IMG/VR virus record: IMGVR_UViG_3300048599_000771
Coordinates: 1 to 51,142 of that record
Origin: a virus
Lineage: Duplodnaviria > Caudoviricetes
DNA length: 51,142 nt
Reading direction: 5' to 3' (one strand)
Shown: one piece after another, positions 18,911 through 27,173 of the stretch
How positions within the stretch are numbered: position 1 is the first letter of the stretch
Layout of the letters: each line of letters begins with the position of its first letter
The notes under the pieces: generated by a model
The model's database searches: none
Told to the model about the DNA's origin: nothing
Seen by the model: only the letters and a program-made list of their open reading frames with translations
Position numbers and translations under genes: made by a program

Positions 18911-19213
18911 ATGAGAGAATCCGATATCGTGGCCGCCATCCTGCGGTTGCTCAAGAAAACTCCGGAATGCTTCGCCTGGAAGGAGCACGGCGGCATGTAC
19001 GGGACCGCAGGCATCCCCGACATCATCGCCTGCATCGGCGGGCGGTTCGTGGCCTTTGAGGTCAAAACCCCAGGTGAAAGGGGCACCGCCCCCAGCAAAT
19101 TGACAAAGCTGCAAGAGATCACCATTCAGAAAATCAAGGATGCAAAGGGACAAGCCTTCAAGGTCACATCGGCGGCGGAGGTCGCCGCGATCCTGAAAGA
19201 GATGGAGGGCTGA
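18911..19213 (+). CDS. VRR-NUC domain nuclease
   Basis: MRESDI...GIPDIIACIGGRFVAFEVK...LQE. Confidence 0.9.
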   Translation: MRESDIVAAILRLLKKTPECFAWKEHGGMYGTAGIPDIIACIGGRFVAFEVKTPGERGTAPSKLTKLQEITIQKIKDAKGQAFKVTSAAEVAAILKEMEG

Positions 19214-19218
19214 CCCTT

Positions 19219-19668
19219 ATGAATACCCCCAACATGGCCGCTCAGGCGCGGTCGTACTTATCCCGCGTGCACCGGCTGGACAGGCGGATCGAAGCAAAAC
19301 GCGCGCAGGTCGCCGTGCTCCGGGATCTGTCCACCAGCGCGACGGCACAACTCAGCGATATGCCGCGTAGCGACTCGGCCAACCTCCAGCGGATGGAAAC
19401 GCTGGTGTGCAAGATTACCGACCTTGAAAATGAGATCGGGGCGGACATCCTGGAAGCGGAACACCTGCGGATAGAGACCGCGCTCATGATATGTGCTGTC
19501 TCGGACGTGCAACAGCAACGGGTGCTAACCCTGCGGTACCTCTGCGGACGAACCTGGAATGCCATCATTGAAGAAATGGGCTACAGCCGAAGCCACATAT
19601 TCCGGCTGCATGAGGATGCGCTGTGCAATGTGGAGGCGCTCCTGCTGAACGGAGGTGCCGGACATTGA
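19219..19668 (+). CDS. DUF1492/ArpU-like late transcriptional regulator
   Basis: RVLTLRYLCGRTWNAIIEEMGYSRSHIFRLHEDAL. Confidence 0.8.
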   Translation: MNTPNMAAQARSYLSRVHRLDRRIEAKRAQVAVLRDLSTSATAQLSDMPRSDSANLQRMETLVCKITDLENEIGADILEAEHLRIETALMICAVSDVQQQRVLTLRYLCGRTWNAIIEEMGYSRSHIFRLHEDALCNVEALLLNGGAGH

Positions 19669-19856
19669 GCTATCTCGAAGCGAAAGCTGACGGCATCCGA
19701 ATCGAAGCGCAGAATCGCCAGACAATGTACTACCCACGCTGCCAGTTTTGCGGGCAGGAGGTCCGCTCGTTCAGCTACCTGCGCAGGAACCGATACACCT
19801 GCCCGGCCTGCCGCCCATACAAGGCGCTGTTCCAAAAGCTCAAGTTGAGATTCTGA
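19665..19856 (+). CDS. Small Zn-finger protein
   Basis: CQFCG...YTCPAC; GGAGG RBS with TTG start. Confidence 0.55.
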   Translation: MSYLEAKADGIRIEAQNRQTMYYPRCQFCGQEVRSFSYLRRNRYTCPACRPYKALFQKLKLRF

Positions 19857-19861
19857 TCCTT

Positions 19862-19893
19862 GGGGCGTCGCATCATCGCGGCGCCCCGTTTTT
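19862..19893 (+). terminator. Terminator ending the early/middle region
   Basis: GGGGCGTCGC/GCGGCGCCCC stem followed by GTTTTT. Confidence 0.75.
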
Positions 19894-19899
19894 CTAAAG

Positions 19900-19960
19900 A
19901 TGAGACCTAATGAGACTCGATGGGACTATGATGAGACCTAAATGAGACCTAAATGGGACT
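19900..19960 (+). repeat. Six phased ATG(A/G)GAC direct repeats upstream of the late operon
   Basis: Copies at 19900, 19910, 19920, 19931, 19942, 19953. Confidence 0.85.
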
Positions 19961-20023
19961 TGAAAAGACTTCACTTTTTTGCATTGTAAAGAGTGGCGAA
20001 TAAGAAATGGAGAGGTGGATGCC

Positions 20024-20404
20024 GTGCCAAGGAAGCCGCTTCGTCCATGCAGCCACCCGGGCTGCCCCTCGTTCACGGACGAACAGTACTGCCCAGAGCA
20101 TCGGAAGCTGGCGGCGGCACGCTACAACCGGTACGAGCGCGACCCTGCCATTCAAAAGATGTACGGCGGCGCGTGGCCGCGCATCCGCACGCGGTTCCTG
20201 GCCGGGCACCCGCTGTGCGCGGTGTGCCAGAAGGAGGGTCGGGTGACGGCAGCGGTGGAAGTCCACCACATCCTACCCCTCTCCCAGGGTGGCACCCATA
20301 CCGAGGACAACCTCATGGCGCTATGCAAGGTTTGCCATTCCAGCATCACGGCCCGCGAGGGCGGGCGCTGGGGCAGGCATGGGGGGAGCAATATCTTAAA
20401 ATGA
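20024..20404 (+). CDS. Packaging-associated HNH endonuclease (HK97 gp74-like)
   Basis: PLCAVCQKEG...EVHHILPLSQGG...NLMALCKVCH, directly before terS. Confidence 0.9.
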   Translation: MPRKPLRPCSHPGCPSFTDEQYCPEHRKLAAARYNRYERDPAIQKMYGGAWPRIRTRFLAGHPLCAVCQKEGRVTAAVEVHHILPLSQGGTHTEDNLMALCKVCHSSITAREGGRWGRHGGSNILK

Positions 20405-20491
20405 CGTTCGGAACGTAGCGGATACGCCCCTTCGCGCGAATTTTCGCGGAAACAAACAAGGGTATAGGCCTTCCGGGAAAAGAGGTTACCG

Positions 20492-21046
20492 ATGGCAAAG
20501 GATGGCACAATGCGCGGCGGTGCGCGCATCGGCGCCGGGCAGAAGAAAAAGCCCCTTTCGGACAAAATCGCCGAGGGCAACCCCGGCAAGCGCAAGCTCA
20601 CAGTGCTGGATTTCACGGCGAACGCCGCCGACCTCGAAGGCCAGACCATGCCGCAGCCCCGCGCCTATCTCGCCGCCAAGCAGAAGAACGGCAAGGACCT
20701 GTTGGCCCTGGACATCTACGAATCCACGTGGAAATGGCTGGACGAGCGGGGCTGCGCGAACCTCGTCCCTTCGCAGATTCTGGAGCAGTACGCCATGGCA
20801 ATCTCCCGCTGGATTCAATGCGAGGAATGCATCACCGAGTTCGGCTTCCTGGCGAAGCACCCGACCACCGGCAACGCCATCCCCTCGCCCTATGTGGCGA
20901 TGAGTCAGTCCTTCAGCAAGCAGGCCAACAACCTGTGGTACCAGATCTATCAGGTGGTCCGGGAGAACTGCTCCGTTGAGTTCAAGGGCGCGACGCCCCA
21001 TGACGATATGATGGAGCGCCTGCTTTCGGCGCGCCGTGGAGGATAA
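20492..21046 (+). CDS. terS: Terminase small subunit (P27-like)
   Basis: MAKDGTMRGGARIGAG...HPTTGNAIPSPYV. Confidence 0.85.
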   Translation: MAKDGTMRGGARIGAGQKKKPLSDKIAEGNPGKRKLTVLDFTANAADLEGQTMPQPRAYLAAKQKNGKDLLALDIYESTWKWLDERGCANLVPSQILEQYAMAISRWIQCEECITEFGFLAKHPTTGNAIPSPYVAMSQSFSKQANNLWYQIYQVVRENCSVEFKGATPHDDMMERLLSARRGG

Positions 21047-21048
21047 CT

Positions 21049-21633
21049 GTGAACATTAAAACCCTGCCCTTGAAGGACGTCCACCCATATGAGCGTAACC
21101 CACGCAAGAACGCCGCGGCCGTAAAGGGTGTCGTGGCCAGCATCCGGGAGTTCGGTTTTCTGGTGCCGCTGGTGATCGACCGGAACCATGAGATCGTGGC
21201 CGGGCACACCCGGTACAAGGCGGCGCAATCCCTGGGCATGAAGGAAGTCCCCTGCGTCATTGCCGACGAGCTGACCGAGGACCAGATCAAAGCCTTCCGG
21301 CTGGCCGACAACAAGGTCGGCGAGATGGCGCAATGGGACATGGACCTGCTGCCGCTGGAATTGCAGGGGATCATGCTGCCCATGACGGACTTCGGTTTCC
21401 AAGCCATTTCGGACGAGGAATTCTCCGACAAATTTACGCTGGACACCGGCGAGAAGAAGCCCTTCCAGCAGATCAGCATCACGGTCCACGACGAGCAGGC
21501 GAAGCTGATGCTGGCGGCGATCAAGTATGTGTATGAGCAGCAGGCCGTGACGGAGACCTTCGGGAACGAGAATCACAACGGGAACGGGCTGTATGAGGTG
21601 GTGAGAGAGTGGGCCGCGCTAAAGAAATTGTGA
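21049..21633 (+). CDS. ParB/Srx N-terminal domain protein
   Basis: PYERNPRKN...SIREFGF..PLVID...IVAGHTRYKAA...FRLADNK. Confidence 0.88.
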   Translation: MNIKTLPLKDVHPYERNPRKNAAAVKGVVASIREFGFLVPLVIDRNHEIVAGHTRYKAAQSLGMKEVPCVIADELTEDQIKAFRLADNKVGEMAQWDMDLLPLELQGIMLPMTDFGFQAISDEEFSDKFTLDTGEKKPFQQISITVHDEQAKLMLAAIKYVYEQQAVTETFGNENHNGNGLYEVVREWAALKKL

Positions 21634-22373
21634 TGAAGGTGCTCCCTTCCGACATCGCCAACGCGTTCATCCGTGCGCATCACTATTCTGGAAAAGTCGT
21701 GAACAATTCTAAGCTCCATTTCGGCGTTTTCCTCGACGGCCAGCTCCATGGCGTCATGAGCTACGGACCATCGTTGGACAAAAGCAAGATCATCGGCCTC
21801 GTGGAGGGTACCGGCTGGAACGAGTTTCTGGAGTTGAACCGCATGGCCTTTGACAGCGTGCTTCCCCGCAATAGCGAAAGCCGGGCCATCGCCATGAGCA
21901 TCCGTCTCCTGAAAAAGCACGCACCGCAGGTGAAGTGGATCATCTCCTTCGCGGACGCCTGCTCCTGCGGGGACGGCACGATCTACCGAGCCAGCAATTT
22001 CGTGCTGACCGGCATCAAGGAAAACCTGAACCTCGCGGAGCTGCCCGACGCCGGGAGCCCCGGTGGCGGCACCCGCATTCACAAGATGACGCTGGCATCG
22101 AACCCCACCACGCCTCGCCGGGAGTTGGGTGGGCTGACGTTCTTCGACGTGACGAACGGCACCTACAATTTCAAGAAGTACCTCGACTATGTGGGCGCGA
22201 AGCCTATCCCCGGCTTCCAGCTCCGGTATATATACTTCATCGACCCGGCCTGCCGTGCGCGTCTGACCGTGCCCATCATCCCATTCTCCAAGATCGACGA
22301 GTTGGGGGCGGGTATGTACAGGGGCGAGAAGGTCACGCAGGCAGAGCGGCATTCCATCATCACGCCGGGATAA
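21609..22373 (+). CDS. Mom-family (GNAT-like) DNA adenine modification protein
   Basis: AHHYSGK...ELNRMAFD..LPRNSESRAI...WIISFAD...GDGTIYRASNF. Confidence 0.75.
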   Translation: MGRAKEIVMKVLPSDIANAFIRAHHYSGKVVNNSKLHFGVFLDGQLHGVMSYGPSLDKSKIIGLVEGTGWNEFLELNRMAFDSVLPRNSESRAIAMSIRLLKKHAPQVKWIISFADACSCGDGTIYRASNFVLTGIKENLNLAELPDAGSPGGGTRIHKMTLASNPTTPRRELGGLTFFDVTNGTYNFKKYLDYVGAKPIPGFQLRYIYFIDPACRARLTVPIIPFSKIDELGAGMYRGEKVTQAERHSIITPG

Positions 22374-22390
22374 CCTCCCGGCGCTTTCAT

Positions 22391-22465
22391 GCGCGGATAG
22401 GCTAACAGCAGACCGCCCACCTACCCGGTGGGAAGCGACGGGGCGGCACCGTTCTCCGCGCTCCA
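22391..22465 (+). tRNA. Non-canonical tRNA-Gly-like element (anticodon ACC, encoded CCA)
   Basis: Acceptor GCGCGGA/TCCGCGC + T + CCA; anticodon arm CCCAC-CTACCCG-GTGGG; T-arm GACGG-GGCGGCA-CCGTT; weak D arm. Confidence 0.75.
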
Positions 22466-22490
22466 TTTCGATTCACAAACGGGAGAAGCC

Positions 22491-23804
22491 ATGAACATTC
22501 AGAAGATCCCGGCTGCCCTGCTCAACCCTGCGGCGTACAATCCGCGCAAAGACCTGAAACCGGGCGACAAAGAGTACGAAAAGCTCAAGCGGTCCATCGC
22601 CGAGTTCGGGTATGTGGAGCCGGTCATCTGGAATGCCCACACCTGCAACGTAGTCGGCGGCCATCAGCGGCTGAAGGTGCTGCTGGACCTGGGCCACACC
22701 GAAATCGACTGCGTGGTGGTCGATCTCGATCTCCAGCGAGAGAAGGCGCTCAACATCGCTCTAAACAAGATTCAGGGCGATTGGGACGAGGGCAAGCTGG
22801 CTTCCCTCATGGCAGATTTCGACGCTGAGGCGTTCGATGTGTCGCTGACCGGCTTCGACGCGTCCGAAATAGACGCACTGCTCAACAAATTCTACTCCAA
22901 GGATGCCGTGGAGGACGGTTTCGACGCTGACGAGGCAAAGAAGGACATCGAGGCTTCAGGCGGCTCTACCTCTCACGCCGGCGACCTCTGGCGGCTGGGC
23001 GATCACCTGCTCCTGTGCGGCAATCCGGCCGAGGCGGCGAGCTACGAGCGGCTCATGGGGGCCGAGCGCGCACAATGCGCGATCACTTCGCCGCCCGTCG
23101 ATCCCAAGGTATACGCCAGGGACGGCATCGACCCCTGGCTGGATCGCATGGGCGCGGTCATCAAGCACCTGACCCAGTACGCAGACATCATCTGTTGGCA
23201 GACCGCCGACCTCATGAAGACTGGGAGCCAATTCATCGAGCCGACCGGCTTCCACTCCATCCGGCTGTTCGCGGACGCGAACTACCGCCCACTGTGGATT
23301 CGCGTCTGGAAGATGGCTGGAGGCGCACCCGGCGCCGGTCCGTTGCAGCTCGCGTCCACAAAGCCCGCGCCACAATACGATACCGTGGCGGCGTTCGCCG
23401 GCCAGAGTCCGGCTGGCAGCCAAGAGACGGACGCCTACAACGATCAGGAGTATTCCTGGGTGTCGACCTTCGCCTCCCATGCCTTCCAATTCGTGCGCCG
23501 TCTCACCCACGACGAGCGTCGCAAATGGGGGTACGCCGGCGTGTGGGAGGTCCCCGCCGTCCGGCGCGATAAGGACAGCAAGCCGCAGATCCCGGTGGAA
23601 CTTCCGTGGCGCTGCCTCAAAATGCACTCCGATATGAACAACGTGATTCTGGACCCCTTCGCGGGCCTCGGCACAACGATCATCGCCGCCGAGCAGAGCG
23701 GGCGCGCCTGCCGGGCTATTGAGGCAGACCCAATGCGCTGCGATCTGATTGTGCGCCGTTGGGAGCAGTTCACCGGGGATAAAGCCGAGAAGATCGAGGC
23801 GTAA
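22491..23804 (+). CDS. ParB-fused N4/N6 DNA methyltransferase, catalytic motif altered (TSPPV)
   Basis: N-terminal ParB (YNPRKDL, VVGGHQR); DLWRLGDHLLLCG; ILDPFAGLGTT SAM motif. Confidence 0.8.
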   Translation: MNIQKIPAALLNPAAYNPRKDLKPGDKEYEKLKRSIAEFGYVEPVIWNAHTCNVVGGHQRLKVLLDLGHTEIDCVVVDLDLQREKALNIALNKIQGDWDEGKLASLMADFDAEAFDVSLTGFDASEIDALLNKFYSKDAVEDGFDADEAKKDIEASGGSTSHAGDLWRLGDHLLLCGNPAEAASYERLMGAERAQCAITSPPVDPKVYARDGIDPWLDRMGAVIKHLTQYADIICWQTADLMKTGSQFIEPTGFHSIRLFADANYRPLWIRVWKMAGGAPGAGPLQLASTKPAPQYDTVAAFAGQSPAGSQETDAYNDQEYSWVSTFASHAFQFVRRLTHDERRKWGYAGVWEVPAVRRDKDSKPQIPVELPWRCLKMHSDMNNVILDPFAGLGTTIIAAEQSGRACRAIEADPMRCDLIVRRWEQFTGDKAEKIEA

Positions 23805-23865
23805 AGCCTTCCATTTTCACCGGTTTCGGAGTACAGTCCTGTCACTTCGAAGGGAGGAACGGGAC

Positions 23866-24159
23866 ATGATGGCAAAATTCAAACTCGGGCAATTGGTGGC
23901 GACGCGCGGTGTGGCGGATCTGATGGGCGAAAACCCTGCTTTCTCGGTATTCGCCCGCCGTTCGCTAAGGCGATTCATCTCCGGGGATTGGGGCGAAATG
24001 TGTGAGAGCGACAAGCGCCAGAATGAGGACGCGCTCAAAAATCGCGACAACCGCATCTTTGCGGCCTACGAAAATCCTGAGCACGCCGCCTGGAAGCTCT
24101 GGATCATCACCGAATGGGATCACAGCGCCACGACGCTGCTATTCCCCAGCGAGTATTGA
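23866..24159 (+). CDS. Conserved hypothetical mobile-element protein
   Basis: FKLGQLVATRGV...GDWGEM...LWIITEWDHSATTLLFPSEY. Confidence 0.7.
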   Translation: MMAKFKLGQLVATRGVADLMGENPAFSVFARRSLRRFISGDWGEMCESDKRQNEDALKNRDNRIFAAYENPEHAAWKLWIITEWDHSATTLLFPSEY

Positions 24160-24172
24160 GGAGGCGGCGCAG

Positions 24173-24400
24173 ATGATGAACAACTATCCTTCCCGTGCGG
24201 TGGTCGAGAGCCTCCGCCGCATCTATCCCGAGGGCACGCGGGTGGCGCTGGTCCGGATGGATGATCCGTACACGAAGCTTCAGCCCGGCGATCAGGGCAC
24301 GGTGATCATGGTGGACGATATCGGCAGCGTCCACATCCAATGGGACAACGGATCGACGCTGGGCGCGGTGTACGGCGCGGATGTGATCCGAAAGGTGTGA
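24173..24400 (+). CDS. DUF4314 protein
   Basis: YPEGTRVALVRMDDPY...VDDIGSVHIQWDNGSTLG. Confidence 0.8.
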   Translation: MMNNYPSRAVVESLRRIYPEGTRVALVRMDDPYTKLQPGDQGTVIMVDDIGSVHIQWDNGSTLGAVYGADVIRKV

Positions 24401-24416
24401 TTCCAAAGTTATCTTC

Positions 24417-24439
24417 AAGCGGCGCGAGCCGCTTTTTTT
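24417..24439 (+). terminator. Intrinsic terminator
   Basis: AAGCGGC-GCGA-GCCGCTT followed by a T-run. Confidence 0.7.
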
Positions 24440-24469
24440 CTTGCACATTTCCAGGAAAGGAGGCTACCT

Positions 24470-24988
24470 GTGAGCAATCCTTACCGCATCACCCACCATG
24501 GGTACGGCGTCGCTGCTTTCGCGGGCGGCGGCGAGTTCCTGTTCGACCTGGCCGACCTACCCCTGATTCTACGCCATACCTGGCACCTGGGAAAGCGTGG
24601 CTACCCGGCCACGCATACCCGGCGCGGGACGGTTGTGCTCCATCGCCTCTTGTTCTCGGACATGGACGGCTACGAAATCGACCATATCAATGGGGACAAG
24701 CTGGACAACCGCCACGCCAACCTGCGCGCCTGCACGCACCAGCAGAACGGGTTCAACCAGAAGCGGCGACAAACCAACACCAGCGGATATATCGGCGTGA
24801 GCTTCGCACCACGGCTGAGCTGCTTTGAGGCGTACATTCACTATAACGGGACGAAGCACCACCTGGGCCTGTACGCCGACCCTGCTGCTGCCGCGCGGGT
24901 GCGCGATTGCGTGGCGCGGTTGCTGTTCGGCGAATACGCGCGCCTGAATTTCCCCAGGAAGGCGGGCCGCAGGTATGGCGCGGGCTAA
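24470..24988 (+). CDS. HNH-AP2 homing endonuclease
   Basis: LHRLL...IDHINGDKLDNRHANLR...NTSGYIGV...HLGLY...AAARVRD. Confidence 0.88.
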   Translation: MSNPYRITHHGYGVAAFAGGGEFLFDLADLPLILRHTWHLGKRGYPATHTRRGTVVLHRLLFSDMDGYEIDHINGDKLDNRHANLRACTHQQNGFNQKRRQTNTSGYIGVSFAPRLSCFEAYIHYNGTKHHLGLYADPAAAARVRDCVARLLFGEYARLNFPRKAGRRYGAG

Positions 24989-26573
24989 GCGGTTCAAGCC
25001 CACGGAGTTCATGCTGCCCGCCTCCCACTACGACAAGGCCCGCGCCGACCACGCCGTCGCTTTCATCCAGAGCCTCAAGCATACCAAAGGCGTGTGGGCG
25101 GGCCAGCCGTTCCTTCTGTTCGACTGGCAGGAGAAGATCATTCGGGACCTGTTCGGCGTGGTCAAAGAGAACGGCTACCGGCAGTTCAACACCGCCTTCG
25201 TGGAAATTTGCAAAAAAGCAGGAAAAAGCGAGCTCGCCGCTGCCGTTGCGCTGTACATGCTCTGCGCCGACGAGGAAGAAGGTGCGGAGATTTACGGCTG
25301 CGCCAACGATCGAGCGCAAGCCAGCATCGTGTTCGACGTGGCAAAGGACATGATGCTCCAAAGCCCGGCGCTGCTCAAGCGCATCAAGATCGTGGAGAGC
25401 CAGAAGCGCCTCGTCTACACGCCCACACGCAGCATCTATCAGGCGCTTTCTTCGGAGGTCGCCTCCAAGTACGGCTATAACGTCCACGCCTGCATTTTCG
25501 ACGAGCTATTGGGCCAGCCGAACCGGAAGCTGTTCGATGTCATGACGAAAGGTTCCGGCGCGGCGCGCAAGCAGCCGCTGAATTTCGTCATCACCACAGC
25601 CGGCTCCGACAAGAACAGCATCTGCTACGAGGTGCATTCGAAGGCCGTGGACATTCTGGAAGGCCGCAAGCACGATTCCACCTTCTATCCGGTGGTGTAC
25701 GGCGCGCCGACCGACGCCGACTGGACAGACCCGAAGGTGTGGCACAGCGTCAATCCCTCGCTGGGAAAGACCGTGGACCCGGAATTCTACCGCGCCGCCT
25801 GCGAGAGCGCGAAGCAGAACCCCGCCGAGGAAATGCAGTTCCGGCAATTCTTCCTGTGCCAGTGGACAAACACCACCGTCCGGTGGATGCCCATGGACAC
25901 GTGGGACGCCTGCGCGTTCCCGGTGGACCCGGAGCGCCTTCGCGGGCGCGTCTGCTACGGCGGTCTCGACCTTTCCTCCACTACCGACATCACGGCGTTT
26001 GTGTTGGTGTTCCCTCCCGAAGATGATGAAGGTAAATACGAAATCCTGCCGTTCTTCTGGCTCCCGGAGGACAACGTGGATCTCCGCGTACGGCGCGATC
26101 ACGTTCCCTACGATATCTGGGCCAAGCAGAGACACGTGTTCACCACGGCGGGGAACGTCGTGCACTACGGCTTCATTGAGGAATTCATCGAAGAACTGGG
26201 CACGAAGTACAACATCCGGGAGATCGCTTTCGACCGCTGGGGCGCCGTGCAGATGACGCAGAACCTTGAGGGGCTGGGCTTTACCGTCGTGCCTTTCGGC
26301 CAAGGCTACAAGGACATGTCGCCGCCCACCAAGGAACTCATGAAGCTGACTTTGGAGAAGAAACTGGCCCATGGTGGGCACCCGGTGCTCCGGTGGATGG
26401 TGGACAACGTGGCAATCCGCACCGACCCGGCCGGCAACATCAAAGCCGACAAAGAAAAGAGCACGGAGAAGATCGACGGCGCAATCGCCACCATTATGGC
26501 GCTCGACCGGGCGATCCGGCACGACGGCGTGGGTGGGTCAGTGTACGATAGTCGCGGACTGCTTCAGCTATAA
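24975..26573 (+). CDS. terL: Terminase large subunit
   Basis: EICKKAGKSELAA Walker A, IFDEL, ITTAG, GGLDLS, KIDGAIA. Confidence 0.95.
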   Translation: MARAKRFKPTEFMLPASHYDKARADHAVAFIQSLKHTKGVWAGQPFLLFDWQEKIIRDLFGVVKENGYRQFNTAFVEICKKAGKSELAAAVALYMLCADEEEGAEIYGCANDRAQASIVFDVAKDMMLQSPALLKRIKIVESQKRLVYTPTRSIYQALSSEVASKYGYNVHACIFDELLGQPNRKLFDVMTKGSGAARKQPLNFVITTAGSDKNSICYEVHSKAVDILEGRKHDSTFYPVVYGAPTDADWTDPKVWHSVNPSLGKTVDPEFYRAACESAKQNPAEEMQFRQFFLCQWTNTTVRWMPMDTWDACAFPVDPERLRGRVCYGGLDLSSTTDITAFVLVFPPEDDEGKYEILPFFWLPEDNVDLRVRRDHVPYDIWAKQRHVFTTAGNVVHYGFIEEFIEELGTKYNIREIAFDRWGAVQMTQNLEGLGFTVVPFGQGYKDMSPPTKELMKLTLEKKLAHGGHPVLRWMVDNVAIRTDPAGNIKADKEKSTEKIDGAIATIMALDRAIRHDGVGGSVYDSRGLLQL

Positions 26574-26602
26574 TTGCCATTATGCCTCTCATGTGCTATA
26601 CT
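26574..26602 (+). promoter_or_regulatory. Moron promoter
   Basis: TTGCCA-17-TATACT with extended TG. Confidence 0.7.
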
Positions 26603-26672
26603 CGTCTCGACGATAAACGGGAATTTGACGGGTAGATTCAGCTGCGGATTCTTTGTGGAAGGAAGTGTTTTC

Positions 26673-27077
26673 ATGAACGGAGATATGGATTGGTTTGGCG
26701 TAAAGCTGTTGCACAAGATTACAATATCGGGAATACCGGAAAAGGATAAACTGGATGAGTTTTATCGCGATAATTCTGAATTCTTTGAAGAAAGGATTAT
26801 TCTGGTGAAGGCCTCCTCTTTTGATGAAGCATACCAACTCGCTGAAAGCGAAGCTAAAGAGGGCGATGACGTTTATGAGAACAAATATGGACAGACGGTC
26901 AAATGGGAGTTTTATAGATCGGTAGATTGTTTTCATCTATTTGATTCTCTTCAATCGCCAGTGGAAGTGTTTTCCACACTCTTTGCAAAAAAACAAGGCG
27001 AAGATGAAGAAGGCCTGCTAGACAAACGATATGGCGGCTGTATTGCTGAAGAAACTCATGTTCTCCGGCACGCATGA
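26673..27077 (+). CDS. DUF4288-like moron protein
   Basis: WFGVKLL...FEERIILVKASSFDEAY...YENKYGQTVKW; AT-rich. Confidence 0.7.
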   Translation: MNGDMDWFGVKLLHKITISGIPEKDKLDEFYRDNSEFFEERIILVKASSFDEAYQLAESEAKEGDDVYENKYGQTVKWEFYRSVDCFHLFDSLQSPVEVFSTLFAKKQGEDEEGLLDKRYGGCIAEETHVLRHA

Positions 27078-27124
27078 CATCCGATTTGAACGCAGCCGGA
27101 AACCGACAAATTTTAAGTCTTCTG

Positions 27125-27149
27125 GAGCAACCATCGGTTGCTCTTTTTT
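27125..27149 (+). terminator. Moron terminator
   Basis: GAGCAACC-ATC-GGTTGCTC followed by T6. Confidence 0.8.
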
Positions 27150-27173
27150 ATGCTCAGCACCAGGAGGCAGAAA

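Noticed and set aside
20380-20460. Exact cos site
   Set aside because: The position between HNH and terS is plausible, but the cut sequence cannot be determined from sequence alone
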